From NCBI GenBank assembly GCA_951406725.2, contig OX597818.1, forward strand, positions 76,818,001 through 76,882,000: a DNA stretch of 64,000 bases, given 5' to 3'. The DNA is from Octopus vulgaris (taxonomy: Eukaryota). Each line of letters begins with the position of its first letter. Position 1 is the stretch's first letter. Under the pieces are notes generated by a model, which had not been told where the DNA came from, did no database searches, and was given only the letters and a program-made list of their open reading frames with translations. Below, in pieces: positions 40,143-52,942 of this stretch. Position numbers and translations under genes: made by a program.

Positions 40143-41029
40143 GTGTAAACTCTTGGATCATGAAATTCAGTAAATACCGTAAGATATGAGGAGTTATGTC
40201 CCTTGAAATCTCATGGATTTGGATTAACTATAGTCCTATTTCATCTGAGTGATGGAGCATGGCCTAATGGTTAGGGAATTGAGTTATGTGTGTTTGATTC
40301 TGGCACTGGGCAACACATTTTGCTCTTGAACAAAGCATTTCCACATTGCTCCAGTCAACTCATCCGGAAATTACCACCAGTCAGGTGCTGGTATTGTCCT
40401 CTCTCCCACTATTTGTCACATCCTAAATGTTCCATCGGGTCAAGGGTGGGAGAACCAAGAGTATGTCTGTATCGGCTCATGGATACAGAAGAACCTAAAC
40501 CAATTAATGAAAGCATTATATGTATATATTACCTGGTGCAGGTGTGGCTGTGGGGTAAGAAGCTTGCTTCCCAACCACATGGTTCTGGGTTCTGTCCCAC
40601 TGCATGGCACCTTGGACAAGTGTCTTCTACTATAGCCTTGGGCCAGCTGAACCCTTGTGGCAGAAACTGAAAGAAGCCCGTCGTTTATAAGTCCTGAGGT
40701 CAATTTGTGACTAAAACCCTTCAAAGCAGTACTCACTGTAAAATGACTGAAACAAGTAATTTGAGCTCTTCATTACATCAAAATTTTAATTATTATTTTA
40801 AAAATTTCAATGCATACCATACATCATCAGGTAAATAAATTAGGACTAACTTACAAACAATCATTATGTATGGTGGTGGGTAGGTAATTTACTAGCAAAA
40901 TCTTCATTTTGGGCTACTTCTTAAGATAATTTAATACTTTATGAAAATATTGTTCTCTGTGAACCTTGTTAAGCTGTCAGGGTACAGCATCCTTCAAAAC
41001 TTCTATGCTTCCAGGAATTTGCCAAAACT

Positions 41030-41575
41030 ACTCTTGGTGTGTCTATTAATTTAGTTAGTTTGGCTGTCCACCCAGATGCTTCAATGATTTCACACAAGCC
41101 CACCGTCCATCACAACCCCCCCCCCAATACATGTTCTTAATTCATCAACATTTGCCATTCGGCTGTCCTGAAGCAAGTTGTCCACATAGGTTAGACATTT
41201 TTTTCCCCTGTGGATTCTTCCTTCATCTGACTGCCAATAAGACCAGTTGACTCACAGGTTCTTTTGGGTGCCTGATGCAATAACCAGCAATTCTTATTCT
41301 TCTCTGCTGAGTCTTCTTTGTCACTTTGGGTAGATCTTGATAAAGCTGCTCATTGGTTAAATGAGCTCTCCAAGTCGCATTCAGAGCCATTCTTAACATT
41401 CTTGTGTAGCAGCCATCTATTTGTTTTTCAAACTTTTTGGTGAAGGTCCAAGGTTCAGCACCATATAACAAAAATGATTCTACCATGGAGACAAACAAAC
41501 TAATTTTCAAGTTACATGTCATCTTAAAACTCCAGATTTTATGCAGTTTGTGACATCCACTCCAATCTATGAACT
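41030..41575 (-). mobile_element. RTE-type LINE RT C-terminal fragment
   Basis: LFVSMVESFLLYGAEPWTFTKKFEKQIDGCYTRMLRMALNATW...TNEQLY; interrupts a CR1/L2-like 3' fragment (40900-41030 and 41585-41740). Confidence 0.8.
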
Positions 41576-41974
41576 CTATCATATGTTATGGCTCTTTTAC
41601 TGTTCATTTTTTTTTTCTTGTGTATATGTGTGTGTTTTATCCTATGCATTGTGCATGTAATGTTGGTTATCAATACTGTGCTCTCTGTTGTGTGACTTTT
41701 TTCCTAATGAGCAGTGAACCTGAGAATTGTATACAAGAAGCTAATTAATTCATTAACACACCATACAATATTCTTAGCTACATTTCTTCCAGTTTTACAT
41801 CCTGTATTCAAAAAGTAAGTAACAGTTAAGCATTGGAATCAATGTAATCAAGCAAAATACTAAATTGAGGATTTACAATAGTTCATTAAGGGTCCATGAA
41901 AAACTTTTGCATTACATGTTTGCTTTACAATTTCAAATCTTGTGCCTATAGTAGAAAAAAATAATTAGTAGTAG

Positions 41975-43005
41975 TAAGGCACTAAGCTGACAGAATTATT
42001 AGCACACTGGGCAAAATTCTTAGCAGAATTTAAATTCAGAATGTAAAGATGGACAAAATGCTGCTAAGATTGGGTTTGCCTTTCATCCTTTCAGGGTTGA
42101 TAATGTAAGTACCAGTTGAGTACTGGGGTCAATGTAATCGACTTATCCCCTTCCCCCAAATTGCTGGCCTTTTTGATACCATTATTATTATTATCATTGA
42201 GGCAGTGAGCTGGCAGAATCGTTGGCATGCTGGACAAAATGCTTAGCACTATTTCACCCATCACTACGTTCTGAGTTCAAATTCTGCCAAGGTCAACTTT
42301 GCCTTTCATCCTTTCAGGATTAATAAAATAAGTACCAATTGAGTACTGAGGTCAATGTAATTAAGTATCCCCCTCCCCCAAATTTCAGGCCTTGTGCCAA
42401 TAGTAGAAAAGGATTAGTATTAAGATTACAAGATGGCAGAATCATTAGCGTGTTGAATAAAATGTTTACCAGCATTTCTTCTGGCTTCATGTTCTGAGTT
42501 CAAATTTTGCCAAGACCAACTTTGCCTTTCATCTTTTCAGGGTCAATAAAATAACAGTCAACTACTAATGTCTATGGAATTGACTTGCTTCTTCCTTCAT
42601 AATTTGAAACATTTAGTATTTATGCAGTGAACTGGCAGAATCATTACCTCACCAGAGGTATTTCTTCTAGCATTTCATGTTCTGAGTTCAAATTCCACTA
42701 AGATCAACTTTACTTTTCATGCTTTCAGGATTGATAAAATAAGTCGCAGTTGAATACTGGGGTTGATGTAATGGATTATATACCTCCTCCAAAATTTCAG
42801 GCCTTGAGCCTATAGTAGAAAGGATTATTATTATTATTATTATTATTATGGCAAATTTCACCAAGGTCAACTTTGTTTTTCATCCTTTTGAGGTTGATAA
42901 AATAAGAAGGACCAGTTGTGTACTAAGGTTGATATAATCAACTATACATCTCCCCCGAAATTTCAGGCCTTGTCTATAGTAAAAAGGATTATTATTATTA
43001 TCATT
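41975..43005 (+). mobile_element. Second head-to-tail cluster of about 5 family-2 SINEs
   Basis: Same head, core and (att)n units starting near 41977, 42199, 42428, 42625 and 42850. Confidence 0.8.
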
Positions 43006-45594
43006 ACACTCACGGAGTGGTTGGCGTTAGGAAGGGCATCCAGCTGTAGAAACATTGCCAGTTTAGACTGGAGCCTGGTGCAGCCTTCTGGCTTCCCAGA
43101 ACCCCGGTCGAACCGTCCAACCCATGCTAGCATGGAGAACGGACGTTAAACGACGATGATGATGATGAATTAATTAATTAATTAATATGACATCACTTCA
43201 GCAACAACTGTTATGGTTTAATGTTTGAGAAACTACATTGAGATTTCTAAAAATGACAATTTCTCATTAATTATTAGAAAATGGATTTGTGGCTAAAGCA
43301 TACAGAACTTCGAGGGCTAACTCCAAGATAAGTACCATACAGACTCATCTCACCACTAGGTGGATGTCACATGAATCAATCTTCCTACTTTACAATGAAA
43401 TTGGCTTTGTGCTTGGAAGAACAGGAGATTCAGAGTAAACTGTAAATAAATCAGCAAAATGTAAAGGGAAACTACTGTTATGTCTTTCCTCAGTAAAATC
43501 AATTTTCACGTTAGAGCAGTGATTCCCAACGTTGGGCACACACCCCACTAGTGGGGCCACGGAAAATTGTAGCAGGGCATGGTGCTTTAGTTGCCAAACA
43601 CAAGATCCTCATTAAAGTGATTCACTTTTTTTCTTAGTCAATAATGTACTTTTTTTTGGTACTCAATACTTAATAGAAGAGTTACCAGTAGGTTCTCTTC
43701 TATTAAGTAACTGTGATAAAATATTGAAAATGGAGTTGCTTTTTTCCAACCACCGATGGGGCATACATTTTTCTGGGAAGTTATAATGGGGGCTGGGGAA
43801 AAATAGGTTGGAAAACACTATAGAGGTCCTTGATCACTAAGGCCTTTATGTATGGCACTTAAAGGGAAAACAAAGGTTGTTGTGTTAATGTACTGAGGAG
43901 TAAGAGAGAGGGAGGTTTATTTGGTGGATGTAGCTGAGGTGTTGTGTGAAGACTGATCGACTAATTTCAAGATTTCTGAAGTGGTTCCTTATGAGATATC
44001 CTACAGCACAGTTAGTGAAATACTTGTTAGTTATACAATGTTTCTGCCTCATATTTACACGAAGGTAGACTAGCTAGATATAGTCAAGACTCAAGTCTTC
44101 TATGACTATACATTAACTGACTCATGAACTGACAATTCTGCACATGACAATTCAGTGCATTGTGTTTATGTGTATATGAAATTTAATTTCATTTAGTTTT
44201 CAAAATTTTGAAACTTTACAACTTCATGAATAAGTGGTACTGTTTTAGATTGTGGTAGCGTTTTCAATTGTTAATAGCCCAAAAACTCCTTTTTTTTTCT
44301 ATTTATACAAGTATGCCCTTTCATTAGTTATTTTGCAAGTCTAAGACAGCATTTTTTTTCCTTATTAGGATTCCAGTTGGTTACAAACATTTACCAATTT
44401 AAAAATAAAAAAAAACAAGCCCTGTGGAGCTGATTTTATCAGAGAAAGCAAAATAAATGAAATTAAATTTCATATACACAAACATGTTGTACTGAATTGT
44501 CTTTGTGCAGAATTTTCCTGGTGCTAACTAACCACCAAAGGTTGGTAGAAAGCAACTTTATTTTTAATATCTTATGATTATTCAATACAAAAGAATCTAC
44601 TGGTAACTCTTTTATTAAGCACTGAGTACAAAAAAAAGTACATGGACATAGCACATTACCAGAATATGATAAACTGGTGATACATACACTACAGACTCAA
44701 CTAACAAGGTAAACCTTTATAAAGAAGAAAATAGTGCTGATGTTTGTAGAGAGAAACATAGCAGTTAATAAAATGTACATGTTAGGTTGTGTGTGAGAGG
44801 TAGGCACAATGCCTCGAGGTTGAAGGGGAAGTATAGTCATTTTATGGACCCCCAGCATTTGACAGGTACTTTATTTTATCAACTCCAATAGGATGAAAGT
44901 TAAGTTTAAGTTAAACTCTGAATGTAAAGGAATAGAACAAGCTATCGTTTTTTTTCAGTTCTGCTGTTCTTTTGTATTATATTGGTTTGAAATTTTGGCA
45001 CAAGGCCTGCTCTTTCTGGGGAGGAGCTAAGTCAATTACATAGACTACAGTGATCAAATGGTGCTTATTTTATCGACCCCAAAAGAATGAAAGGCAAGTC
45101 AACCTCAGCAGAATTTGAACTCAGGATGTAAAGACAAGACAAAATACTTGCTAAGAATTTTGCCCAGCATGTTGATGAATCTTCCAGCTGGCCACCTTCC
45201 TTTTTGTATTATATTGAGAATTCAATGTTGTAACTAGACACAATGTGAAGTCATCAACTGGTTACAAATAATTCATTTTCCATGTTGGTCAAAAGTTGAA
45301 ATCATCAGTAAGTCACAGGTTATTGTCAAAAACCACAAACAAAAAAAATAAGGAAAAAATGTTTGTAAGGAGACTAGAAGCTCCTTAGGCCAGAGCCTGT
45401 CTTGGTTATTGTGGCATATAAATGAAGAAGTGCAGTACCCCACCCACCCACCTCTGAATAGGATACCATTCCATTGATTGCGAGCCTAATGCCCAAACCA
45501 CTAGGTTGCATCACTTCACTGCATATCATACACAACAGAATACATGCCATGCACAAAATATGACACGCATAAGAAGAGAAGATATAGCTCACAC

Positions 45595-45980
45595 AAGATA
45601 TAGATTGGTAACAGCTCAAAGAGCCATAGAGAGGTCAATGCTTGGAATCTCGTTGAGAGAGCACATCAGTAGCGAGGTCATCAGAGAGAAGTTCGGCGTG
45701 AGGGATGTCATCGTAGAATATACACGCAGCATGATTAGATGGGCTGGACACGTCGCCTGGCTCACCGATAATTGGTGGACCCGCGCAGTTGTCGAGTGGC
45801 ACACGCATGAGTAGAAGAGACCACTCAGAGGGCCTCCATGATGGTGGAGTTATGATTTCAGGAGGGCAATTGGGATCACGTGGATGAGAAAGGCGCAATC
45901 CAGAGAGGAGTTGACAGCATGCTGTGACCAGCAGTGTTAAATGGACGCCTAACGGACTGGTCAGTCAAGGTGATCAGGGT
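45595..45980 (+). mobile_element. RTE (RTE-1/BovB-like) LINE 3' fragment
   Basis: LVTAQRAIERSMLGISLREHISSEVIRE...IRWAGHVA...WTRAVVEW. Confidence 0.82.
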
Positions 45981-45989
45981 GATATATTA

Positions 45990-46235
45990 TTCTTTTACTG
46001 GTTGCAGTCATTTGACTGAGGCCACGCTGGAGCACCGCCTTTAGTCAAACAAATTAACCCAAGCACTTATTCTTTGTAAGCCCAGTACTTATTCTATTGG
46101 TCTCTTTTGCCAAAACTAACTTATGGGTATGCAAACACACCAAGCAATGGTGGGGGACAACACAAACACACTAATACACACACACATATATACATATACA
46201 TATATATATATATATATATCACCATCATCATCATC

Positions 46236-46270
<35 letters not shown>

Positions 46271-46435
46271 CGACGGGCTTCTTTCAGTTTCCATCCACCA
46301 AATCCACTAACAAGGTTTGGGTCAGCCCGAGGCTATAGTAGAAGACGCTTGCCTAAGGTGACACAAATGGGACTGAACCCGGAACCTTGTGGTTGGAAAG
46401 CAAGCTTCTTACCACACAGTCACACCTGCACCTGT
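45990..46435 (-). mobile_element. Family-1 SINE, near full length
   Basis: Reverse complement of the element at 386-954 along head, microsatellite and tail. Confidence 0.85.
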
Positions 46436-46864
46436 GTATATATATATATATATATACATAAACAGAAAATGTAGCTCAAACAAGATATCTATATATATAT
46501 ATATACACACACATATATATATACATACAACAGAATATATTATACCAAGAGATGTATCAGACACAACATTACACAACACAAAATAATGATAACCCTTTAG
46601 CATTTAAACTGGCCATATCCAGCCAAAACATTGTACCTGTTTTATGTTCAAACTGGCCAGATCTGCATCTCATACCTACCCTACAATGTCATTCTAAAAA
46701 TAATGTTATCTATGAACTTTCAAAAGAATCAACTAAGGCATGATTAATTCAAAACAATGTGAATAAATATGAATTATACTTGACAGAGTAATTTGAATGC
46801 TTAAAGATTTAAGAAGTGGTTTATAACAAAAATAACACAGAAAGAAACGAAAATTCTTTTAGTG

Positions 46865-46870
46865 TTTATT
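46865..46870 (-). terminator. Candidate LIPE polyadenylation signal (AATAAA)
   Basis: AATAAA on - followed by a U/GU-rich tract; one of several candidates. Confidence 0.3.
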
Positions 46871-48141
46871 TCTTAAAAATTACATTAAAAATAATAAATA
46901 GTTAAGTAAAGGTATCTTTTTACAGCTGACTGATGAACCATGGCAATACACAAAAAATTTCAAACATTGTACTTTATATGTACAATGCATGTATTTGTGA
47001 GTGTGTGCAGAGAATAATGTTTATATGTGTGTGTGTGTGTGTGTGTGTGTGAGTACTTTAGTCATTGGACTGCAAGTATGGTGGAACACCACCTTAAGGG
47101 TTCCAGTCAAACAAATTGACATCAGTGCCTATGTTTTTTTCCTATCAGCCTCTTTTGCCAAATTGCTAAGTTACAGGGACATAAACAAACCAACACTGAT
47201 TGTTGAGCACTGTGAGACAAACAGACACACATTATATATATATATATATATATATGCAATAAGCACCATTCAAGCATGGGTCATTGCCAGAGCTGCCTGA
47301 CTGGCTCCCCATGCCGGTAGCATGTAAAAAGCACTATCCGAACGTTGTCGATGCCAGCCCCAACTGTCTCCTGTGCCGGTAGCATGTAAAAAAGCACCAT
47401 CCAAATGTAGCCGATGCCAGTGCTGCCTCACTGGTTCCCATGGTGGTGATACGTAAAAGGCACCCACTACACTCTCGGAGTGGTTGGCCTTAGGAAGGGT
47501 ACCCAGCTGTAGAAACATTGCCAGATCAGATTGGATCTTGGTGTGGCCTCCTGGCTTGCCAGTCCCCAGTCAAATCGTCCAACCCATGCCAGCATGGAAA
47601 ACGGACGTTAAACGATGATGATGATGATGACACACACACAACAGGATTCCACAAAGTTTCCATCTGCCAAAACTACTCACAAGTCAGTGGTCAATCCAGG
47701 GCTATAGCAGAGGACACTTAGCCAAGGTGCCATACAGCACAATTGTACCGCATGGTTTCAGGTTGAGTCCAACTGCATGGTACTTTGTCAAATGTCTTCT
47801 ATAGCCCTGGTCCAACCACAACTATGTGAGTGAATTTGGTGGAAACTCTGTAGATGCCCACCTTGTGTGAGTGTGTGTGTGTCATCATCATCATCGTTTA
47901 ACATCTGCTTTCCATTCTGGCATGAGTTGGACGGTTTGACTGAGGGCTGGCAAGCCAGGAGGCTGCACCAGGCTCCAATCTGATCCAGAAAAGAGTGTAG
48001 TGGGTGCTTTTTACATGCCACTGGCACAAGGACCAGTCAGGCTGTACTGACATCAACCATGCTTGAGTAGTGTTTTTACGTGCAACCAGCACGGGAGCCA
48101 GTCAGGCAGCACTGGTAACGACCATGCTCAAATGGTGCTTT

Positions 48142-48186
<45 letters not shown>

Positions 48187-48615
48187 CGTGTGTGTGTGTC
48201 TCAATGTATCTATGTTTGTCACCCACTGCTTAACAACCACTGTAAGCCTGTTTATGTTCTCATAACTTTCTGATATGGCAAATAAATCCTAAGATCCATT
48301 TGTTCATCTAAAACCCTCAAAGCAGTGCCCCAATATGACCATAACCCAATTCCCAATACAAGTAAGAAAATACACACACACATTTATTTATATATATATA
48401 TATATATATTTCAACAATTGAGGGTAAAATTAATTAATTAATCAATTTCACCAAGTATTCAGTATACAAAGGGACCATTTAAGGCGAATTCAAATTATTA
48501 CATTATATAAAAGGGCTTAGTAAAATAAATTACTTTGTCGCATACTGAACTCATTAGAAATAGCAGCTAAAAAAAAAACTTTTTTAAAAACTATTTCCAA
48601 TACTTAAAGAATACT

Positions 48616-48705
<90 letters not shown>

Positions 48706-48772
48706 CACACATACACAGGCATACAGTATTCTCCACATATACACTCACACAAATATACATGCACACACATTA

Positions 48773-48832
<60 letters not shown>

Positions 48833-49797
48833 CTATATATTTTTAACCCATTCATTACCATCTATTTAAACAGGGATTATTTGAGGCAGTGTTTTACAGG
48901 CAGATGTCCTTCCTGTCACCAACCCTCAGCTGTTTTTGAAGTAAAGGATTTATATTCTCATATATATATAAATATATATAACTTGGCATTGTTCTTCAAC
49001 AAAATATTTACAGATGATAGGACTCTAATTATTGACTCAGCTAGGATTTCAAGTTCCACCTTTAATGACACCTTTAATCCATGACACTGGTTGAATACGC
49101 CATTAAAGGAAAAATTTGAAGCCCCAGTCAAAATTCCATATATATATATAAATATTCAAACATACATGCATACATATACGTGTGTGTGTGTGTGTGTGCG
49201 TGTGTCTGCATGCACGTGCACACAATATTCTCCACTCACTATTTGCTACATGAACATACATACATGCACACATACACGCGTGCGTGCACACACACACACA
49301 CACACACCCAATATTCCAGCCTTGACCACTTCAACACAACACCTGTTCTTGGGTGTCTTTAGCAGGGTCCACTCTGTCGTAAACATTCAGGCCAGCTCTT
49401 CAATCCAAGTACATCTGTGTTCCTGCCTGCTGCCAATGTTAGCAGTTCTGAAAAAGGACTACTATTGCAGTCCTTTCTCCTCATTCACAATGTTAAAACA
49501 CACACACACAATAACCAGTCTTCATAAATTACCTTTGGTTGATTTGTTTTTTTTTTCTTTTTTTCTGTTTTCTGTCTCTTTTTTTTTTTTTTTTACAAAA
49601 ATAATTGTTTCATACAAAATAACCGGTTTCGTAAAGATAGAGACTGTAGAATTATTAGACAGAGAACTGTACACAACATCTGCCCTTGCCCAGCCCACCC
49701 CAACCCTAACCCCTGTGTGTATTTCCATGCCCACACCTCATTATTTATAAGTTGGGTTTTTTTTTACAGTATTAACAAACAAGCCAATCAAAACAGA

Positions 49798-49995
49798 TTA
49801 GATGAGATTAAACAATTTGCGCAACTTTTCAACACACACATTTGAACCCTGTCGTGCGTCTTTACTGACAAGGACAAAATTGAGAAATCCATGAGGGAGA
49901 TCATCCAGAACCGTGAAGTCAGCAGTTTTACCAAGTTGTCTCAGTCTCTTACACAACATCACAGAATCATCAAGCAGGGGATCGAGGTGACATGT
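49798..49995 (-). CDS. LIPE: LIPE last coding exon (catalytic Asp and His)
   Basis: cag|ACA; TCHLDPLLDDSVM...DDLPHGFLNF...LFNLI*; LDPxLDD and LPHGFL motifs. Confidence 0.96.
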   Translation of the reverse strand, partial: TCHLDPLLDDSVMLCKRLRQLGKTADFTVLDDLPHGFLNFVLVSKDARQGSNVCVEKLRKLFNLI

Positions 49996-51131
49996 CTGCA
50001 GATAAAAAAACAAAAACAACACTGTAGAGATAAGCTGAAAATGTTCACACTCACCCACACACCTCTGTGTGTGTGTGCGTAATGTAAGTATATATACAAA
50101 GAATACATGCAATGTGACAAATGACTAGTAACCAAATTTCAGCCTCAGTAGTAGGCCCAAGAAAGCAACAAAAGCAATTAACATTGTAGAGATATATAAC
50201 ATTGAAATGTTCACATACACACATGTATAATATATGTGCATATATAGAGAATATGTGTTGTGAAGCGCAACACATAACCAAAATTCAGGCTTAACAGTAT
50301 GTCCCTCACTCCACTCCTATATATATGGAACATCACCTAAGAACAGGCTAGTGGAATATGAGCCACATCATAGTATTAATAAAATACAGGAAAAAAGTAT
50401 GGCATTCAATGCTTTATAGAACTTGGATGTGTTTTACCAAATTACCATTACAATTACATAATAGCTGATGAACATCCCTAATATTTTTTTTTTTTTTTTT
50501 TTACAACCCTACTCACTCATTTACTGATTTGTTATAAAAAATACAAACCAAAACTCAACACATAGATATATCACATGCAAATTATAAAATCTATCAGAAC
50601 TTAACTGCTATATAAATAATCCTTTCTATTGTGGTCATAAGGCCTGAAATTTTGGAGGAGGGAATAAGTTGAGTACATTGACCCCAGTGGTCAACTGGTA
50701 CTTACTTTATTGACTCTGAAAGGATGAAAGGCAAAGCCAACCTTGGCAGCATTTGAATTCAACATAAAGACAGATGAAATACCACTAAGCATTTTGCCCG
50801 GCATGCTAAAACCTGGCATGGACAATTTTATCAGTTAAAACAGTATTCCCGTGATCCTTTGCAAGCATGAGAGCAAGTTCATTTTGTTCTGCTGATGAGA
50901 CCAAGAAAGTCTAGAAATGTTAACAGATTTAGGAAAAGTATTGTACTAGACTAAATAACTAATAAGGAAACTTGGGAAAAATCTTGAACAATAAAAAAAA
51001 GATTAAAATATAGTTGTGTCTTTAATGTATAATGTCTGAAAGAAAAGCAGTTCCTTTTATATATAAATATATATATATAATTTCATTTAGCCATAGCAAT
51101 ATTAATAACCAATTGGTTAAAAGTCATCATA

Positions 51132-51167
<36 letters not shown>

Positions 51168-51170
<3 letters not shown>

Positions 51171-51659
51171 TCATCATCATCGTTTAACGTCTGCTTTCCA
51201 TACTAGCATGGGTTGGACGGTTCAACTGGGGTCTGGGAAGCCAGAAGGCTGCACCAGGCCTAGTCTGATCTGGCAGTGTTTCTACGGCTAGATGCCCTTC
51301 CTAATGCCAACCACTCCATGAGTGTAGTGGGTGCATTTTATGTGTCACTGGCACAGGTGCCAGGTGAGGCTGGCAACGGCCACGATCAGATGGTACTTTT
51401 TACGTGCCACCGGCACGGAGGCCAATCAGGGCGGTGCTGGCAACGGCCACGTTCAGATGGTTCTTTTATGTGCCACCAGCAATGGTATCACAGCTACAAT
51501 TTCCATTCATGTTGATCGATTTCGATTTTGATTTTGATTTTCACTTGCCTCAACAGGTTTTCACAAGTAGAGTTTTGTGTCCCAAGAAGGAAAGGTATGC
51601 ATAAGTGGACTGGCTACATCCCAGTTAGAGGCCACGGGTTATGGTCCTCACTTGTCCTG
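51168..51659 (-). mobile_element. RTE LINE 3' UTR copy in the last LIPE intron
   Basis: Reverse-complement match to 18170-18716. Confidence 0.82.
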
Positions 51660-52189
51660 CAACCCCCCCCTCTTTGTACACACACGCACACACATACACA
51701 CACCCACTCACACACACACATTTGCATATATATATACATTACACTTACACACACTTCAAATTTACTTGCCATACACACAACTACGCACACTGGACACACT
51801 ACCACTCTACACACACACTGGCACGTTACATACGCCCCCACCCTTTCCCTCCTTCCCTTCTTCCCTCCTTCCTCCCTTTTTTTTTACCACTGACCACTCA
51901 CTCGAGACTTGCTATGTCATCTGTTCGCCCTGCACGCACTAACATATACATATTTTTTGTTTTTTTATCTCGCCTCACACACACATACACACACGCACAC
52001 GCACACACTCACACATACATACACACGCACACACACATACCTCCCTGTTTCTGATCTGCCTTTCTGACTTGCTAGGGTACCCCCACACACTCCTTTAATT
52101 CTACTACTGCCTGCTACTAGCCACTGTCCACCATACACACACATATACACACACGCGTACACTCACACACACACCCTCGTTTTCTAGCA

Positions 52190-52480
52190 CACCTTTTTAC
52201 CATTCCCTCTTTGATTCAGCTCTCCTGTTTTTAAAAAACATTTTCCTCCTTTTTGACCACTTCCGTCTTTTCAGTATGTGACCTCGTGAAGACTACCTGC
52301 AATTTTTTTTTTTTCCTCTGTCCTCCTGTCTCGGGATCTTTCTTTCTCCTATGTTTCCGACGAAGAGCTCCGCTCGAAACGTCATACCCTCCTTCTTCCA
52401 TTTTCCTGAGCGCCTAATAATAATAATACTGTAATTGTTCCACGTGTTGTTGTTTTTTCTGTTTTCCCGTTTGGATTAAC
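52190..52480 (+). mobile_element. Putative Penelope pseudo-LTR with minimal hammerhead-like motif
   Basis: Pyrimidine-rich segment containing ccgacga-a-gagc-tcc-gctc-gaaac-gtc (52357-52383). Confidence 0.5.
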
Positions 52481-52482
52481 CT

Positions 52483-52488
52483 ATATAC

Positions 52489-52531
<43 letters not shown>

Positions 52532-52549
52532 CATACATATGCATGTATG

Positions 52550-52588
<39 letters not shown>

Positions 52589-52597
52589 GCATGTATG

Positions 52598-52628
<31 letters not shown>

Positions 52629-52875
52629 GCATGCATGTATATATATATGTATGTATGTATATATATATATATATATGCATGCATGTATATATATATGTAT
52701 GTATGTATGTATATATATATATATGCATGCATGTATATATATATGTATGTATGTATGTATATATATATATATATGCATGCATGTATATATATATGTATGT
52801 ATGTATGTATATATATATATATGCATGCATGTATATATATATGTATGTATGTATGTATATATATATGTATGTATG

Positions 52876-52911
<36 letters not shown>

Positions 52912-52942
52912 TGTATGTATATATATATGTATGTATATATAT
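52483..52942. repeat. Compound microsatellite with higher-order (TA)n-gcatgcatg-(TA)n-(gtat)n unit
   Basis: Directly visible; source of the spurious Y/I/H/C/M ORFs. Confidence 0.95.

Noticed and set aside
49091-49750. 219-aa ORF on +
   Set aside because: Low-complexity, runs through microsatellites and poly-T, and is antisense to the LIPE 3' UTR.
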